Below are positions 11,957-24,382 of a stretch of 64,000 nt of DNA, one piece after another. The notes below the pieces were generated by a model. That model saw only the letters and a list, made by a program, of their open reading frames with translations, searched no databases and was not told the DNA's origin. The stretch covers positions 10,354,001 to 10,418,000 of the forward strand of contig JBHGNT010000010.1 in NCBI GenBank assembly GCA_043228905.1, in the 5' to 3' direction. Numbering within the stretch: the first letter of the stretch is position 1; every line of letters starts with the position of its first letter. The stretch comes from Azolla caroliniana (taxonomy: Eukaryota > Plantae > Polypodiophyta). Both the position numbers and the translations under genes were made by a program.

Positions 11957-13461
11957 TGTTGTGAAAAGTAGCGTGCGGAAGCGAGTATGAAGACCGAACA
12001 GAAGGAAGAAAACTCAGGTTTAATGGAGAGCTTGAGCTTACGCAATATACGCGGGAGGGACAGGGGGAGTGAGAGAGAGAAAACACAAGAACTATATTCA
12101 ACAAAAAGATACTCAATCTCTATTCACCCCTCTATACATATGTGTGTTTAATGAACACTTTTATACAAGTCCTGGAAGGACTGACCGAAGTACTGACAGT
12201 ACTTCAATGCTCATTAAGAGCTCCTACACTAACTCCCAAATATATTCCTCACGGAATATCTTTCCTAACGGCCTCCCGGTTTACGCACCGATCCAGCCCT
12301 ACCTACGCACCGGTCCGCGTACCGGTTTACGCATTCGGCCTAACCGATCGGTCCCAACCGATCCGGTTCTCAGCTTCTTCAGCCAATCCGGCCGATGTTG
12401 AGCTTGTCTCTCAACACTCCCCCTCAAGCTCAACTTGAGGCTCTTCGGGATCTTCGGGCTCACAACTCCGGTTCCTCCTGGCTTCATGCCTCGCTCGCGC
12501 TCCACGACCTGTTCGACTCCGCGCGCTTTGACCCTTCCGGTCGGCTTGTCTGTTCATGTGGCCCTTATCAGCTTTTCTGCTGTTGCGGTGTTGACGCTTC
12601 TCTTGCTGCCTTTCTTTCCCCTTGGGTTTAGGGTTTAGGGTTTAGGGTAATTCGCACACTACATGAAAAACGCTTTTGGGCCCTCCGGATGGGTAAGGAG
12701 GATCCGGTAAGGAGAACCGGATGAAGGAGGAACCAGCAAGGAGGACCTGGTAAGCAGAACCAGTAAGAACTAGATCAAGCAGAACCGGCAAGAGCCGGAT
12801 AAAGAAGGCCAATGAGAGTCTCTTACCGGATGAAGAGACAAATTTGTAAATAAAAGAAAAGATTGTTACATGCATCGGGCAAGATTCGAACCTTGTACCT
12901 CTATGTTAATAATATAAATCCTTATTATTACACTAACATAACATTAGTGTTAAAAAAGTAGACGTCCCATATAGAAAGGTAAGTTCACGCTAGGATAAAC
13001 TTTAGTTAGAAGAAAACGTATGATAAAAGAAAAAGCTATGCATGCACATGTAGCGTGCATGAACACCATAATTGATAAAAACGCATCAAATTAGAAAAAG
13101 TAGGATCACTTTAGGAAAAGCATAGAGTCTATCTATAGAAAAAACAAGGATTGTTAAGACTCTCTCATCACTATATAAGGATGAGGAGCACAATGTAATA
13201 GGTGTGTGGAATATTTGGAAATTGGATATATTTCCTAAAACACCAATTAATATAATATATCCGTGGGATTCATGAATTTGTGATCAAAATTGTCTCTTAC
13301 TATCTAAATATTGATTAAATACACTAAACTCGTGGGATTCACAAGATTCATAACTTACCTATTCATTACTAGGCTTATCTCATATTTTTCTTTCTCCTAG
13401 TCCAAAACCCCAACGGTTCCCACCCGACTCATGCAACGATCCGAAGCCGAAAGGCACGAGA
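11957..13461 (+). mobile_element. Gypsy-type solo LTR E inserted in C, carrying a copia 3' LTR fragment near its start
   Basis: TSD (A)ACGT at 11952-11956 / 13461-13465 restores the GPTRLHTT frame of C. Segments 12648-12670 and 12860-13400 are homologous to the LTR starting at 54442. Confidence 0.7.
11960..12640 (-). mobile_element. Copia 3' LTR, PPT and 3' UTR fragment (family of element F)
   Basis: 11960-12416 resembles LTR 8216-8641 and is followed by the PPT complement CTCCCCCTCAAG. Confidence 0.8.
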
Positions 13462-14375
13462 ACGTGTTGGTCCCAAAATTACCTACTTTTGATTATCAAA
13501 TGTTGGATCACTAGGGCGAGGTGCAAGATATGAGCGTCGTGATAGTGCATCTGCTTTTCCTTGTTGCTTCCCTGGCTAATATATGATTTTGAAGTCAAAA
13601 CACATGAGAAATTGGGCCCATCGAGCTTGTCGTCGATTTAGTATGCGAGCATTCTGGAAATAAGCAAGATTTTTGTGATCACTAAAGACGATGACCTGAT
13701 GAGGAGAGCCCTCTAAGAAGTGCCGCCATCACACAAACGAATCCACGATGGCTAATAACTCCTTGTCATGTATCTCGTAGTTGATTTCCGTGGCATCAAA
13801 TTTGCGCGAGTGGAAAGCCATCAAATTTGTTGTGAAAGGATGCTACCGAGGGCGAAATCCAATGCGTCGGCCTCCATGATGAATGGTTTGTTTGTATCCA
13901 CATGAGCTAGAATAGGAGCTCATGTAAAGGCTTTCTTAACATGCAAAAAATCCATGTCCGCTTCATTGGACCAAAGAAATGATTGTCCCTTCTCGGTAAG
14001 TTGTGTGAGAGGCAGAATAATCTTCGAGTAATCTTGTCTAAACTTGCGGTAGAAGTTAGCGAAGCCTAGGAAACATTGCACATCTCATAACGAACGTGGA
14101 GTTTGCCACTCTAACACAGTTTTGACTTTAGCTGGATCCATGGAGATGCCTTTTGAGGAGATGACATAGCCTAGAAATTCAACTTTTGCTTGCAGCCAAA
14201 GCTACATTTTTCTAGTTTGGCATAAAGACCATGCTCTCGAAGTCATTTTAGTACTAATAGTACATGAGAATCATGCTCTTCCTAGGTCTTTGAATAAATC
14301 AATAGATCATCCAGATAGATGATCAAACAAATATCCAAGAGGTCTCTGAATATATCATTTGCCATGTGCTGGAAG

Positions 14376-14681
14376 TGTGCAGAATAGCGCGGAATATTAC
14401 TCGGCCACAACCGAGTCACAAATCACTTTTCGATGAGAATGGGAAGTAGGGAGTGAGCGCACGTACACACAGAAATGAGAAGTAGGGAGTGAGCACACGT
14501 ACACACAGACAATAGAGAGTACACAGGATGTTTACGTGGAAAACGCTAAATGGGAAAACACCACGGGAGTCCACAAACTCCTAACTATCACTATATAAGA
14601 AACGTACAAAACAGAGACTCGGAGGCAACGACCTCGGGCTCTTTATCTTCACCAGCTAGCGGTTACAACAAAGTATCCATC

Positions 14682-14722
<41 letters not shown>

Positions 14723-17028
14723 CAGTGGCCCCCATACATAAAGGGGGGGACCCCATGGACCCAAATACATATAGGACCATTATGATAGGCCATACCCTTG
14801 CTAAGTTATATGGTGCAGTAATGGAAGCAGAGCTTAGCGACTACATGGAGACCCTAAACCTTCATGCACCTGAACAAGCTGGCTTTAGACGAGCCTTCTC
14901 CACTATTGATCACATCTTCACACTTAGATGCCTAATTGACCAAACTACGGCTCGCAAGAAGAGATTATATTGTTGTTTTGTGGACTTCCGTAAAGCCTTT
15001 GACACAGTCCCTAGAGATCGGTTGTTTGATAGACTTAAAAGCTTGAGGATACCAGATGATATGGTATGGGCCATCTACGCACTATATGAACAAGTGTCCG
15101 GGTGTGTCTGATGCCCAGGTGGCCTATCCAATCGTTTCACTAGCACTATTGGTGTAAAACAAGGTTGCCCCCTATCACCGACGCTTTTTGGGATCTACAT
15201 TGATGAGATCACAGATTTTATTTCTCGTGAGGGAGGCACCGGAGTGGTCCTTGGGGATACGCAGGTTCGTATCTTGCTCTATGCGGATGACATAGTTTTG
15301 CTCTCTGAATCCGAACACGACCTACAGAGGCACCTTAATGCCTTAGATGACTTTTGTGTACAACGAGGATTGGTAGTGAATCTAGGGAAAATGAAAGTCC
15401 TTATCTTCCACACATCGGCCCAAGTTAGAGCTAAGTGTCACCTAACTATCTCCCATAGCCCAGTCGAGGTGGTTGGATCGTACGTCTATCTCGGAGTCAC
15501 TTTTAGTGCCCGCTCAGGTAAATTTTCGATGACACAAGCAGCAAAGGATAGACTCATGAGAGGACATGCATCCCTCTCACTCCTAGAGAGACAATGCCAC
15601 CAAGCACACTTTCAAGAGCCACGGACTAAAGGGTGGCTCTTTGACTCATTAGTGACCCCCTCCCTCATGTATGCATCAGCGGTTTGGGCTCCAGGATTAC
15701 CATCCTTCATGTGGACGCAATTAGAGAGACCATTGGTGATGATGCTATCACGCCAACTCCGAAGCAAATCGACTGTACCACATGACATTATTAGGGCCGA
15801 GTTCACGTTACCCCCAATGCTAGTAGAGGCACTTTTTCAACTTGTAGTCTTTATTGATAGGATACATAGCCAACCACATGATAGAATATCTCATCAAGCC
15901 TTTAAGGCCTCTCGATCATTGTATGAGTCCGGTTATACTAGCTCATGGTATGGCATGATGGTAACTTGGCTTCTCGCGAATGGTCTAGACATTAATAACC
16001 TACCTCCCCTTAGGTACAACCACACGAGTGATAACACCTTAATCTCTCATGAGAACCGCAATAAAGTAATACACCAAGAAATATGGCAAATTTACACTCG
16101 ATGTAAATGGATCACCCCACTAGAGCCACTCCCATCTAAAATGTCATACTATAAGAAACACTTCATGCACTTCTCTGAGTTAGGTTTTATCACGCGGCCA
16201 AAATATCTAGATGTATTCTTACCACATGCACTAAGGGTTGCCATTGGACAACTTAGAATATCATCTCACCAACTTGAGATTGAAAATGGCCATACTAGTG
16301 GAGTCCCTAGGGAGGAAAGGATATGTAGGTTATGTCACATAGAGATAGAGGATGAGTACCACTTTACATGCAAGTGTCCAACCTATGCCGAGATAAGGGC
16401 AAAATACCAAGACATACTTGGTCCGTCTCCCACCCTCCCCAAACTATTAGATACTCTAGATATAAAGAAATTAGGCAAATACATTCTAGAGCTAAAACAA
16501 CACAGAGAGAATAAATTACAAAATGTTGACAATAATGTTGCTAATGATCACGAACATGTAACAAATGCAGTTTTTCAGGAACCTGAGGAGACAACGAATG
16601 CCGACACACTTGCACCACTCGGCCTTTCCATTGATGAGGCAGAAAACCAGAGAAGAACCAGACATCCTCGGGTGCCGGGTTTCAAATCAACTCAACGTGA
16701 TGTGGAAGCAATATTGAAAATAAGGGAACGTGAGCTACACCGCCTAGAAGCCATGGCTAGGGCACTCTCTACATTGGAACCCACATCAAGACCCTTTGAC
16801 CCCCCACTTCTTTTCGAGAGGCTTGGGTGGAAATAAAATTAGGCTTAGTGTATAGTCACTTTCGAGTATACTACATATTGTACACTACTAGAACTCTTTT
16901 AGTTTAAGTTCTATTTTTTTTACTTAATTTTATTTTAGTTATGATGACTGGATAAATACTCTATTGTTGTAAACCAATTGTCTCATGGGCCAAATTTTGC
17001 CTTAGAAGACGTTAATACATCTTTCTTT

Positions 17029-17085
<57 letters not shown>

Positions 17086-20000
17086 TCAACACTTATATGA
17101 CAACAACACTCTATATGCCTCATAAAAGTGATTTCCCTAAGTCGTATTTATACTTATATGAACTAAGGGCTATTTACAAATATAGCCTCAATAGGCTTAC
17201 TCAAAACATATTTACAAATATGTCTTCTCTTCCGGTTCTCACCGAGTCCTCTTCATTCATCACTGGATCCCATCCGGAGGGACCGATTTCCCAACAATCT
17301 CCCCTTGCACTCCGGCATGGGATATCTCGCCAGCCCGATCCACTTTCGGCACGCGTCCAGCTTGTCGGTCGTCAACACCTTGGTCAGCATATCTGACCCG
17401 TTCTCCTCCGTGTGAATCTTCGTCAGCACGAACTCTTGATCTTCTACTCTCTCCTGGATCCAATGGTACCTTCACTAGATATGTTTCGTCCAGGAATGGT
17501 AGGCCGCGTTCTTTGCAAGGTGGATGGCACTTTGACTATCGAAGTAGAGCCCGTATTCCTCCTGTTAGATTCCTAGCTCTCCGATGAAGTCCTTCATCCA
17601 GATTATCTCCTTGCCAGCTTCTACAGCTGCCATGTACTCTGTCTCTGTGGTTGACAATGCAACCGTCTTCTACAGCCTCGATTGCCACGAAACAGATCCC
17701 CCTGCATAAGTCATGACATATCTAGATGTAGACCGGTTGGTATCCGCATCAGCCGACATATCCAAATCAGTGAATCCGTCAAGTTGGGGATTACCGGAGC
17801 CGAACCAGAGGCACATACTCGAGGTGCCTTTCAGATACCGGAGTATCCACTTGACCGCGTTCTAGTGCTCTCTTCCGGGATTGCTCATGAACCAGCTAAC
17901 CCCTCCGACTGCATATCCGATATCCGACTGGGTACATACCATCGCGTACATCAAGCTTCCGACGGCAGAGGCATATGGTATCTTCATCATATCTGTCTTC
18001 TCCACCTTTGTCCTCAGACATGTTAAACCGTTTTCACCTCCGACATGTTGAACCATTGAAGCACCTTTGTCACGTACTTCTCCTGTAACAACCACAAAAA
18101 CTTCTTCGACCGGTCCCGGATGATGTGCATTCCCAATATCTGTCTTGCCGGACCCAAGTCTTTCATTGAGAAGGTCCGGTTTAGAGCCTTCTTCAGCATT
18201 TGAATCTTGCCTTGGTCTCGTCCAACGATCAGCATATCATCCACATATAGGAGTATCAGGAAATCTCCTCCGTCAAATTTCTTCACAAACATGCAGTGAT
18301 CGACTTGCGTTTTGTGGTACCCTTGATTGGTCATGAAGGAGTCAAACTTCCAGTACCATTGCCGAGGAGCTTGCTTCAATCCGTATAAGCTCTTCTTTAG
18401 CCGGCACACCAGGTGCTCCTTCCCTTTCTTCTCAAATCCTTCCGGTTGATGCACATAGATTTCTTCTTTGAGGTCGCCTTGTAGGAATGACCTCTTGACG
18501 TCCAATTGCTCTACCTCGAGGTCCATACTTGCCGTTATACCCAATACCGTCCGGATGGATGTCATCGTTACTACCGGGGCAAAGATATCATCAAAATCCA
18601 CTCCTTTCTTCAGCTGGAAACCCTTCACTGCAATTCGGGCTTTGTATCTCAGAGGGTTTCCAGCATCTCCTTGTTTCAGCTTGTACACCCACTTGTTCCG
18701 GAGTGCTCTCTTCCCTTTCCACAACTCTGTTAGTTCATATGTGTGGTTCTCATGTAGGGAATCCATCTCATCCTACATGGAACTCAACCACTTGCGGTTG
18801 TGGGTGTCTCTCTTTGCTTCTTTGAAGCTTTCCAGCTCCCCCTCATCGGTTAGCAACACGTGCTCTTTATCCAGAAATTTCCGGGGGGCTCTTCTCTTTC
18901 GGAGAGGATATCTCCATCCTTGGTTTCTGACTACTGGTTCCTCCATTTGTTCCTCATCCAAATCTGATTCGCGATCTTGTCCGGTTCCGGTGTCTCCTTC
19001 TTCTTCTTCTTCTTCTTCTTCTTCGGTCGGTTCAGCTTCTTGTCTGTATCCGGCAGGTTCATCGAGTGTCATCCGGTTACCGGCTGACATACGGTTTTCA
19101 ACCGGGTAGGTCATTGTGTCCTCAAACCGGTTTTCATTGGATGATCCAGAGTTCATCATCTTCTTCTCCAACTCCCAGTTGGCAATGGTCCTGTCTTCCA
19201 TGAAGACTATGTCCCGGCTCCGGAATACCTTCTTGTCGACCAAATCCCACACCCAGTAGCTGAACTCTTCATCGCCATATCCAAGGAATGTGCATGGCCT
19301 GGACTTTGGATCTAGCTTTGCTCTCTTGTCCTTTGCCACATGCACATAAGTGAGACACCCGAACACCTTCAGATGCCGGTAAGACACGTCCTTCAGATGC
19401 CGGTAAGACACCTTTAGATACCAGTCCATACTTTCTACGGTGAGTCTCCGTCCAAGGGTACTAACGATGATCTGTTTATCATATATGCCACCGTCGTCAA
19501 CGCCTTAGCCCAAAACCTCTTAGGTAACTTGGCATGGGCTAGCATGCTTGGACTCTCTCAATTATGGTCTGGTTCAGCCGTTCAGCTAGCCCGTTTAGTT
19601 CCGATGTCTTCGGCATGGTAAATTCGAGCCGGATTCCCTTTGACCGGTAGTAGTCCTCAAACTGCCCCCAATATTCTCCTCCGTTGTCCACTCGAATAGC
19701 CTTCAGCTTCCGGCCGGTTTCTCTTTCCACTCTCGTGTGGAGCTCCTTGAAGACCGATAACACTTGATCCTTCGTCTTCAACGGTGAGACCCACAGCTTC
19801 TAGCTGTGGTCTTCTATGAACATCACAAAGTACTACGATCCAACATGTGACTTCGTGTCCACTTGACACACATCGGTATGCACCAACTCTAGTGGCACAT
19901 TCCGTCTCATCGATGGTCTTGACCGGAAGGAGGTTCGGTTTTGCTTTCCGGCCAAGCAATCAATGCACTTCTCAAGACGCACATCTTTCACCTCCAGAAT

Positions 20001-21942
20001 GAGGTTGTCTTCGGCAAGTCTTCTCATCCCCTTCTGGCTCATGTGACATAGTCTTTTGTGCCACAGCTCACCGCAGTGTCGGATGTTACGTTCACTTATT
20101 CCCGACATATCCGGGCATGCATCAAGTACACTGTGTTGACCTTCTGGGCTCGAGCCACTATTAGGCTCCCTTTGCTGAACTTCATGACTCCATTCCAGAT
20201 GCTACCCGTGTAGCCTTCATCATCCAGCCGACCGGCTGATATCAGGTTCAGTCGAACCTCCGGAACGTGTCGGACATCCTTCAGTAGCAACTTGCATCCA
20301 GTTGATGTCATCAACAACACGTCTCCTATGCCGATAATTCAGCATGTACCTTCATTCCCCATACAAACACAGCCATGATCTCCGGTTGTGTAGGATGAGA
20401 AGCAACTCCGGTCCGGTGTGAGGTGGAACAATGCTCCGGAATCGACAACCCACGTTGTCTCGTCGCCGACAAGGTTTAACTCATTCTACTCGGTAATGAG
20501 CATTACTTCTTCTTCACTTGTCATGATTGCCAACGTTCCCTTCTGGTCCAACCCTTTCCTGTTCGAACCGGTCCGGTCCAAACCCTTCTTCGAATCGGTA
20601 CTGTCGGTTCCTTTCTCTTTCCGGAAATGCCGACAGTTCTTCTGGAAGTGTCATGGCTTCCCGCAATAGAAGTAGTAGGCCTCCTCCTTGACTTCGACCT
20701 CGTCCACGATTTGTCCCAGTTTTGGGGACTCCGATACCGGCCTCTTCCCCCGTTGTGGTCATCTTCCATGACCAAAGCCTTCGGATTGGTTCCGGACTCC
20801 CGATCCTTCCGGCGAGCTTCTTCATCCAGTAGGCTTGACTTGACTCTTGCTAGGGACAATTGTTTTCCTTCCGGCCCGGCGTTGCCCAATGTGACAACTA
20901 GAGTCTCCCAGTTATCCAGAAGGGAACCGAGCAGGAGCAATGCGAGTACCTCATCGGCGAGAGGTACTTCCAACGAGGTTTCTTGGTGTATTAGCCCCTA
21001 GAAGGCATTCATGTGCTCTTCCATACTGGAGCCGTCCTAGTACCGGAGCCTCACTAGCTTCCGGAATACCGAAACCTGATTAACAGCATTCTTGTTCTAG
21101 AACATGATGCCGATCTTCTCCCAGAGTTCATGAGCCTTGCTCTCTTCGTTGAAGTTGTTGTACAGGCTCATGTCGATGAAGCACCGAATGTATGTCGTCG
21201 TCTTCATGTGCATCACCTCCCACACTGTGGTGTCGATCTTGTCTGGTCTCTTGTCCCTGAACTGGATCGGCAACCAAAGATCTTTAACCACCAACATATC
21301 CCTCATCTTCGACTTCCACACTGAGTAGTTAGAGCCAGTGACCTTGAACATGCCGTCGAACGATTCTTCCATTTCCTATGTTGTTTGCTCTAATACCAGT
21401 TTGTGGAGAATAGCGCGGAATATTGCTCAGCCACAACCAAGTCACGAATCACTTGTTGATGAGAATCAAACATAGAAATGGGAAGTAGGGAGTGAGTGCA
21501 CGTACACACACAAACAATAGAGAGGACACAGGATGTTTACGTGGAAAACCCTAAATGGGAAAAAACTACGAGAGTCCACAAACTTCTAACTATCACTCTA
21601 TAAGAAAGGTACAAAACAGAGACTCGGAGGCAATGACCTCGAGCTCTATATCTTCGCCAGTCGGCGGTTACCACAGAGTATTGCTCTACATCTCTCTCTC
21701 ACTCTCTTATTCAATAGTTATATAACAACAACACTCTATATGCCTCATAAAAGTGATTGCCCTAAGTCATATTTATATTTATATGAACCTAGGGCTATTT
21801 ACAAATATAGCCTCAATAGGCTTACTTAAAACATATTTACAAATATATCTTCTCTTTCGTTTCTCACCGGGTCTCTTCCTGTTCTCACCGGGTCCTCTTC
21901 ATTCATCACCGGATCCCATCCGGAGGGACCGATTTCCCAACA
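14376..21942 (-). mobile_element. Ty1/copia element B (Tnt1/Tork-like), full length, inserted in the RT of gypsy C
   Basis: TSD GGAAG (14371-14375 / 21943-21947). 5' LTR 21402-21942, PBS-Met 21387-21398, gag 21372-20500, integrase ~19540-20100, RT 18023-18766 (LLYVDDM), RNase H ~17350-17780, PPT 17297-17305. The 3' LTR 14376-17296 is split by a LINE. Confidence 0.95.
14720..17035 (+). mobile_element. 5'-truncated non-LTR retrotransposon (RTE/RTEX-like LINE, family 1)
   Basis: RT motifs PIHKGG, EQAGFR, FVDFRKAFD, GVKQGCPLSP and LLYADD, then a C-terminal CxxC..EDEYHF..C knuckle. One in-frame TGA at 15109-15111, stop at 16836, 3' UTR ending in TCTT/CT repeats. Confidence 0.92.
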
Positions 21943-24324
21943 GGAAGACTATAGGCGCATTGGTTAGACCAAACGGCATAACAGTATACTCGAAGTACCC
22001 ATATTGGGTGCAAAAGGCGGTCTTCCATTCGTCTCCGGTCGGATCCGCACAAGGTTATATGCTCCTCGTAAGTCAATTTTTGTAAAAAACATGGCACCAT
22101 TTACACGTTCTAAAAGACTTGATATAAGGGGAAGTGCATACCTATTCCTGATGGTGACCTTATTCAAGCCGCGGTAATCAACAACGAGATGAAGGGATCC
22201 ATCTTTTTTCTTGACAAAGAAAATGGGTGCACAGGCCGGAGATTTCGAATGACGAATAAACCCGCTTGCCAAATTCCCCTCTATGTAGGGTCGAAGGACT
22301 TCGAACTCAGTTGGTGACAAGTTGTAAATCGGTCCCGACGGTGGCTCTTTTCCTGGTTGTAAATCAATGGGACAATCATAGGGATGAGGATGAGGAAGAG
22401 TTCTGGCTTTTACCTTGTCAAATACATCGGCATAAGGATGATATTTCGCAGGAAGTTGAACTAAGGATTCCTTCTTAATAGTGCTGGAAGGATGTACTGA
22501 TATTGCAAATAGAAATATTGACTCTTTGCGTCCTTCTTCGCGTAATTGATGGAGCGAAATGGTCAAAACTTGATGAGTAGATTCTCAGGGTTGTCGATAC
22601 CGAACTGCTCTTGTTCTCCAATCTATGTCTAGATTATGTAATTCAAACCAAGGTAATCCCAAGACAATGGGATGCTCTGGACTACTAATTATATTAAATG
22701 ATAGCACACACACAAAGCTATCTAGGACAACTTGAATGGGTTCTGAATCTTCTACGATATTCCCAGAAGCAATGGGACGACCATCAATGACTGCTACAGA
22801 TGCGGGGCAAGGAAGTTTTCTTAAGGATATCTCAGAAGCTTGGGCAAAATTCCGATCCATGAAACAAGAATTGGCTCCGGAATCTAAAAGTGCTAAGACA
22901 TGTACTGGAGGGGTACTTTTAGTACTAACCATGACTTGGGCTAAGAACACATTGCTAACTTGCTTAGAGGGAATGGAACCACTAATGGGTTGCACAGATC
23001 TAGGGTTGTCCAACCAAATGGCTCCTATTTTGGCTGGACTTAGTCGTTTAACTCTTCCTATAATTGACTAAGGATTTCAAATTTGTTTGAGATACTTGGA
23101 CTATCAGTACTATTAATACTATCAAACACTCCTAAGTGAATTTACTCGGGTTTAGTATAGGCTACGATTTGATTTACCTGTCTTCTTGGCCTATTGGGAT
23201 AGTTGATTGCGATATGCCCTGGTCCATTGCAATAAAGACATAATCGATTTGCACATCGTCATAGCTTTTCTTCTTCCGATAATGGGCCACGTCAACGCAT
23301 GGTGTCGATTTCCATCGGTGTCGGAGTATTTGCCTGAGATACATCTCGTGCAAACGGTTTAGTTGCGACTGAGGCGTATGTGGGCTCTGGCCTAGTCCAT
23401 GGTATTTGTAATTGTCATTCCGAACGTCGTTCAAAAAGGCGGTTGTCGCATCGAACCACTCGACTGATTGCCTCTGTGAGAGATTTTGGTTCTTCGGGGA
23501 AGGCTAAAAGTATATCTTTGACGTCGTTTTGCAGGCCGTAGCGAAATTGCTCCATTAGTGCTTGATTATCCCAAGGGATATCTGAGGCGAGTAGACAGAA
23601 ATCCGCTGCGTAGGCAAAGGCTGGACGATCACCTTGACGTAATCGTCGGATCTTGTTGATCGTCGTCCTGATGTTGCCGGTATCTCGAAAGCAGGCTTTA
23701 AACTCGCTAATAAAGTCTTCAAAGTTATTAAGCAAGGGAGATTGTTTTTCTAAAAGCGGAGCAAACCATGCCAAGGCTGAGCTGCTGAGCAATGTGCCTA
23801 TTAAGCCTACTCGGGATGCATCAGTGGGGTATCGGGAAGGATGCATCTAAATGACTAAAGGTACCTGATTAAGGAATCCTCTGAATTGTGATCGTGTTCC
23901 ATCAAATTTCACAAGAAGTCCAATCTTGGGCTCTTTATGAAGTCCTTGGGGACTTGATCCCTGTTGTTGCAACACTACGATGGTTGCTTCGAGTTGTTGC
24001 ACATGTAACGCTAACTCCCCATGTTGTTGTTGCAACTCCCCATGTTGTTGCTACGTTTGTTGTTTTTCTAAAGCAATTTGTTAACAATCGTTGGTTTTCG
24101 TGTTCTAATGCAATGAATTTTTCTTTTAGACAATGAAGCTCAGAAAAAACGGATTGATATTCTTGGGCACTAACAATAGCCATAGTATTGGAAAAAGGAG
24201 TAAGAGGATGAGGGAAACCGAAAAGAAGACCAGAGGGACCAAATTAGTTCAGGTTCAACGCCAATCTTAAGCCTCATACTTATTTTGTATTTACTCTTCA
24301 CATAATATATCCTTTGTTATCATC

Positions 24325-24382
<58 letters not shown>

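Noticed and set aside
18468-19109. 213-aa plus-strand ORF and similar antisense ORFs over pol regions
   Set aside because: Shadow frames of retrotransposon pol with no independent evidence.
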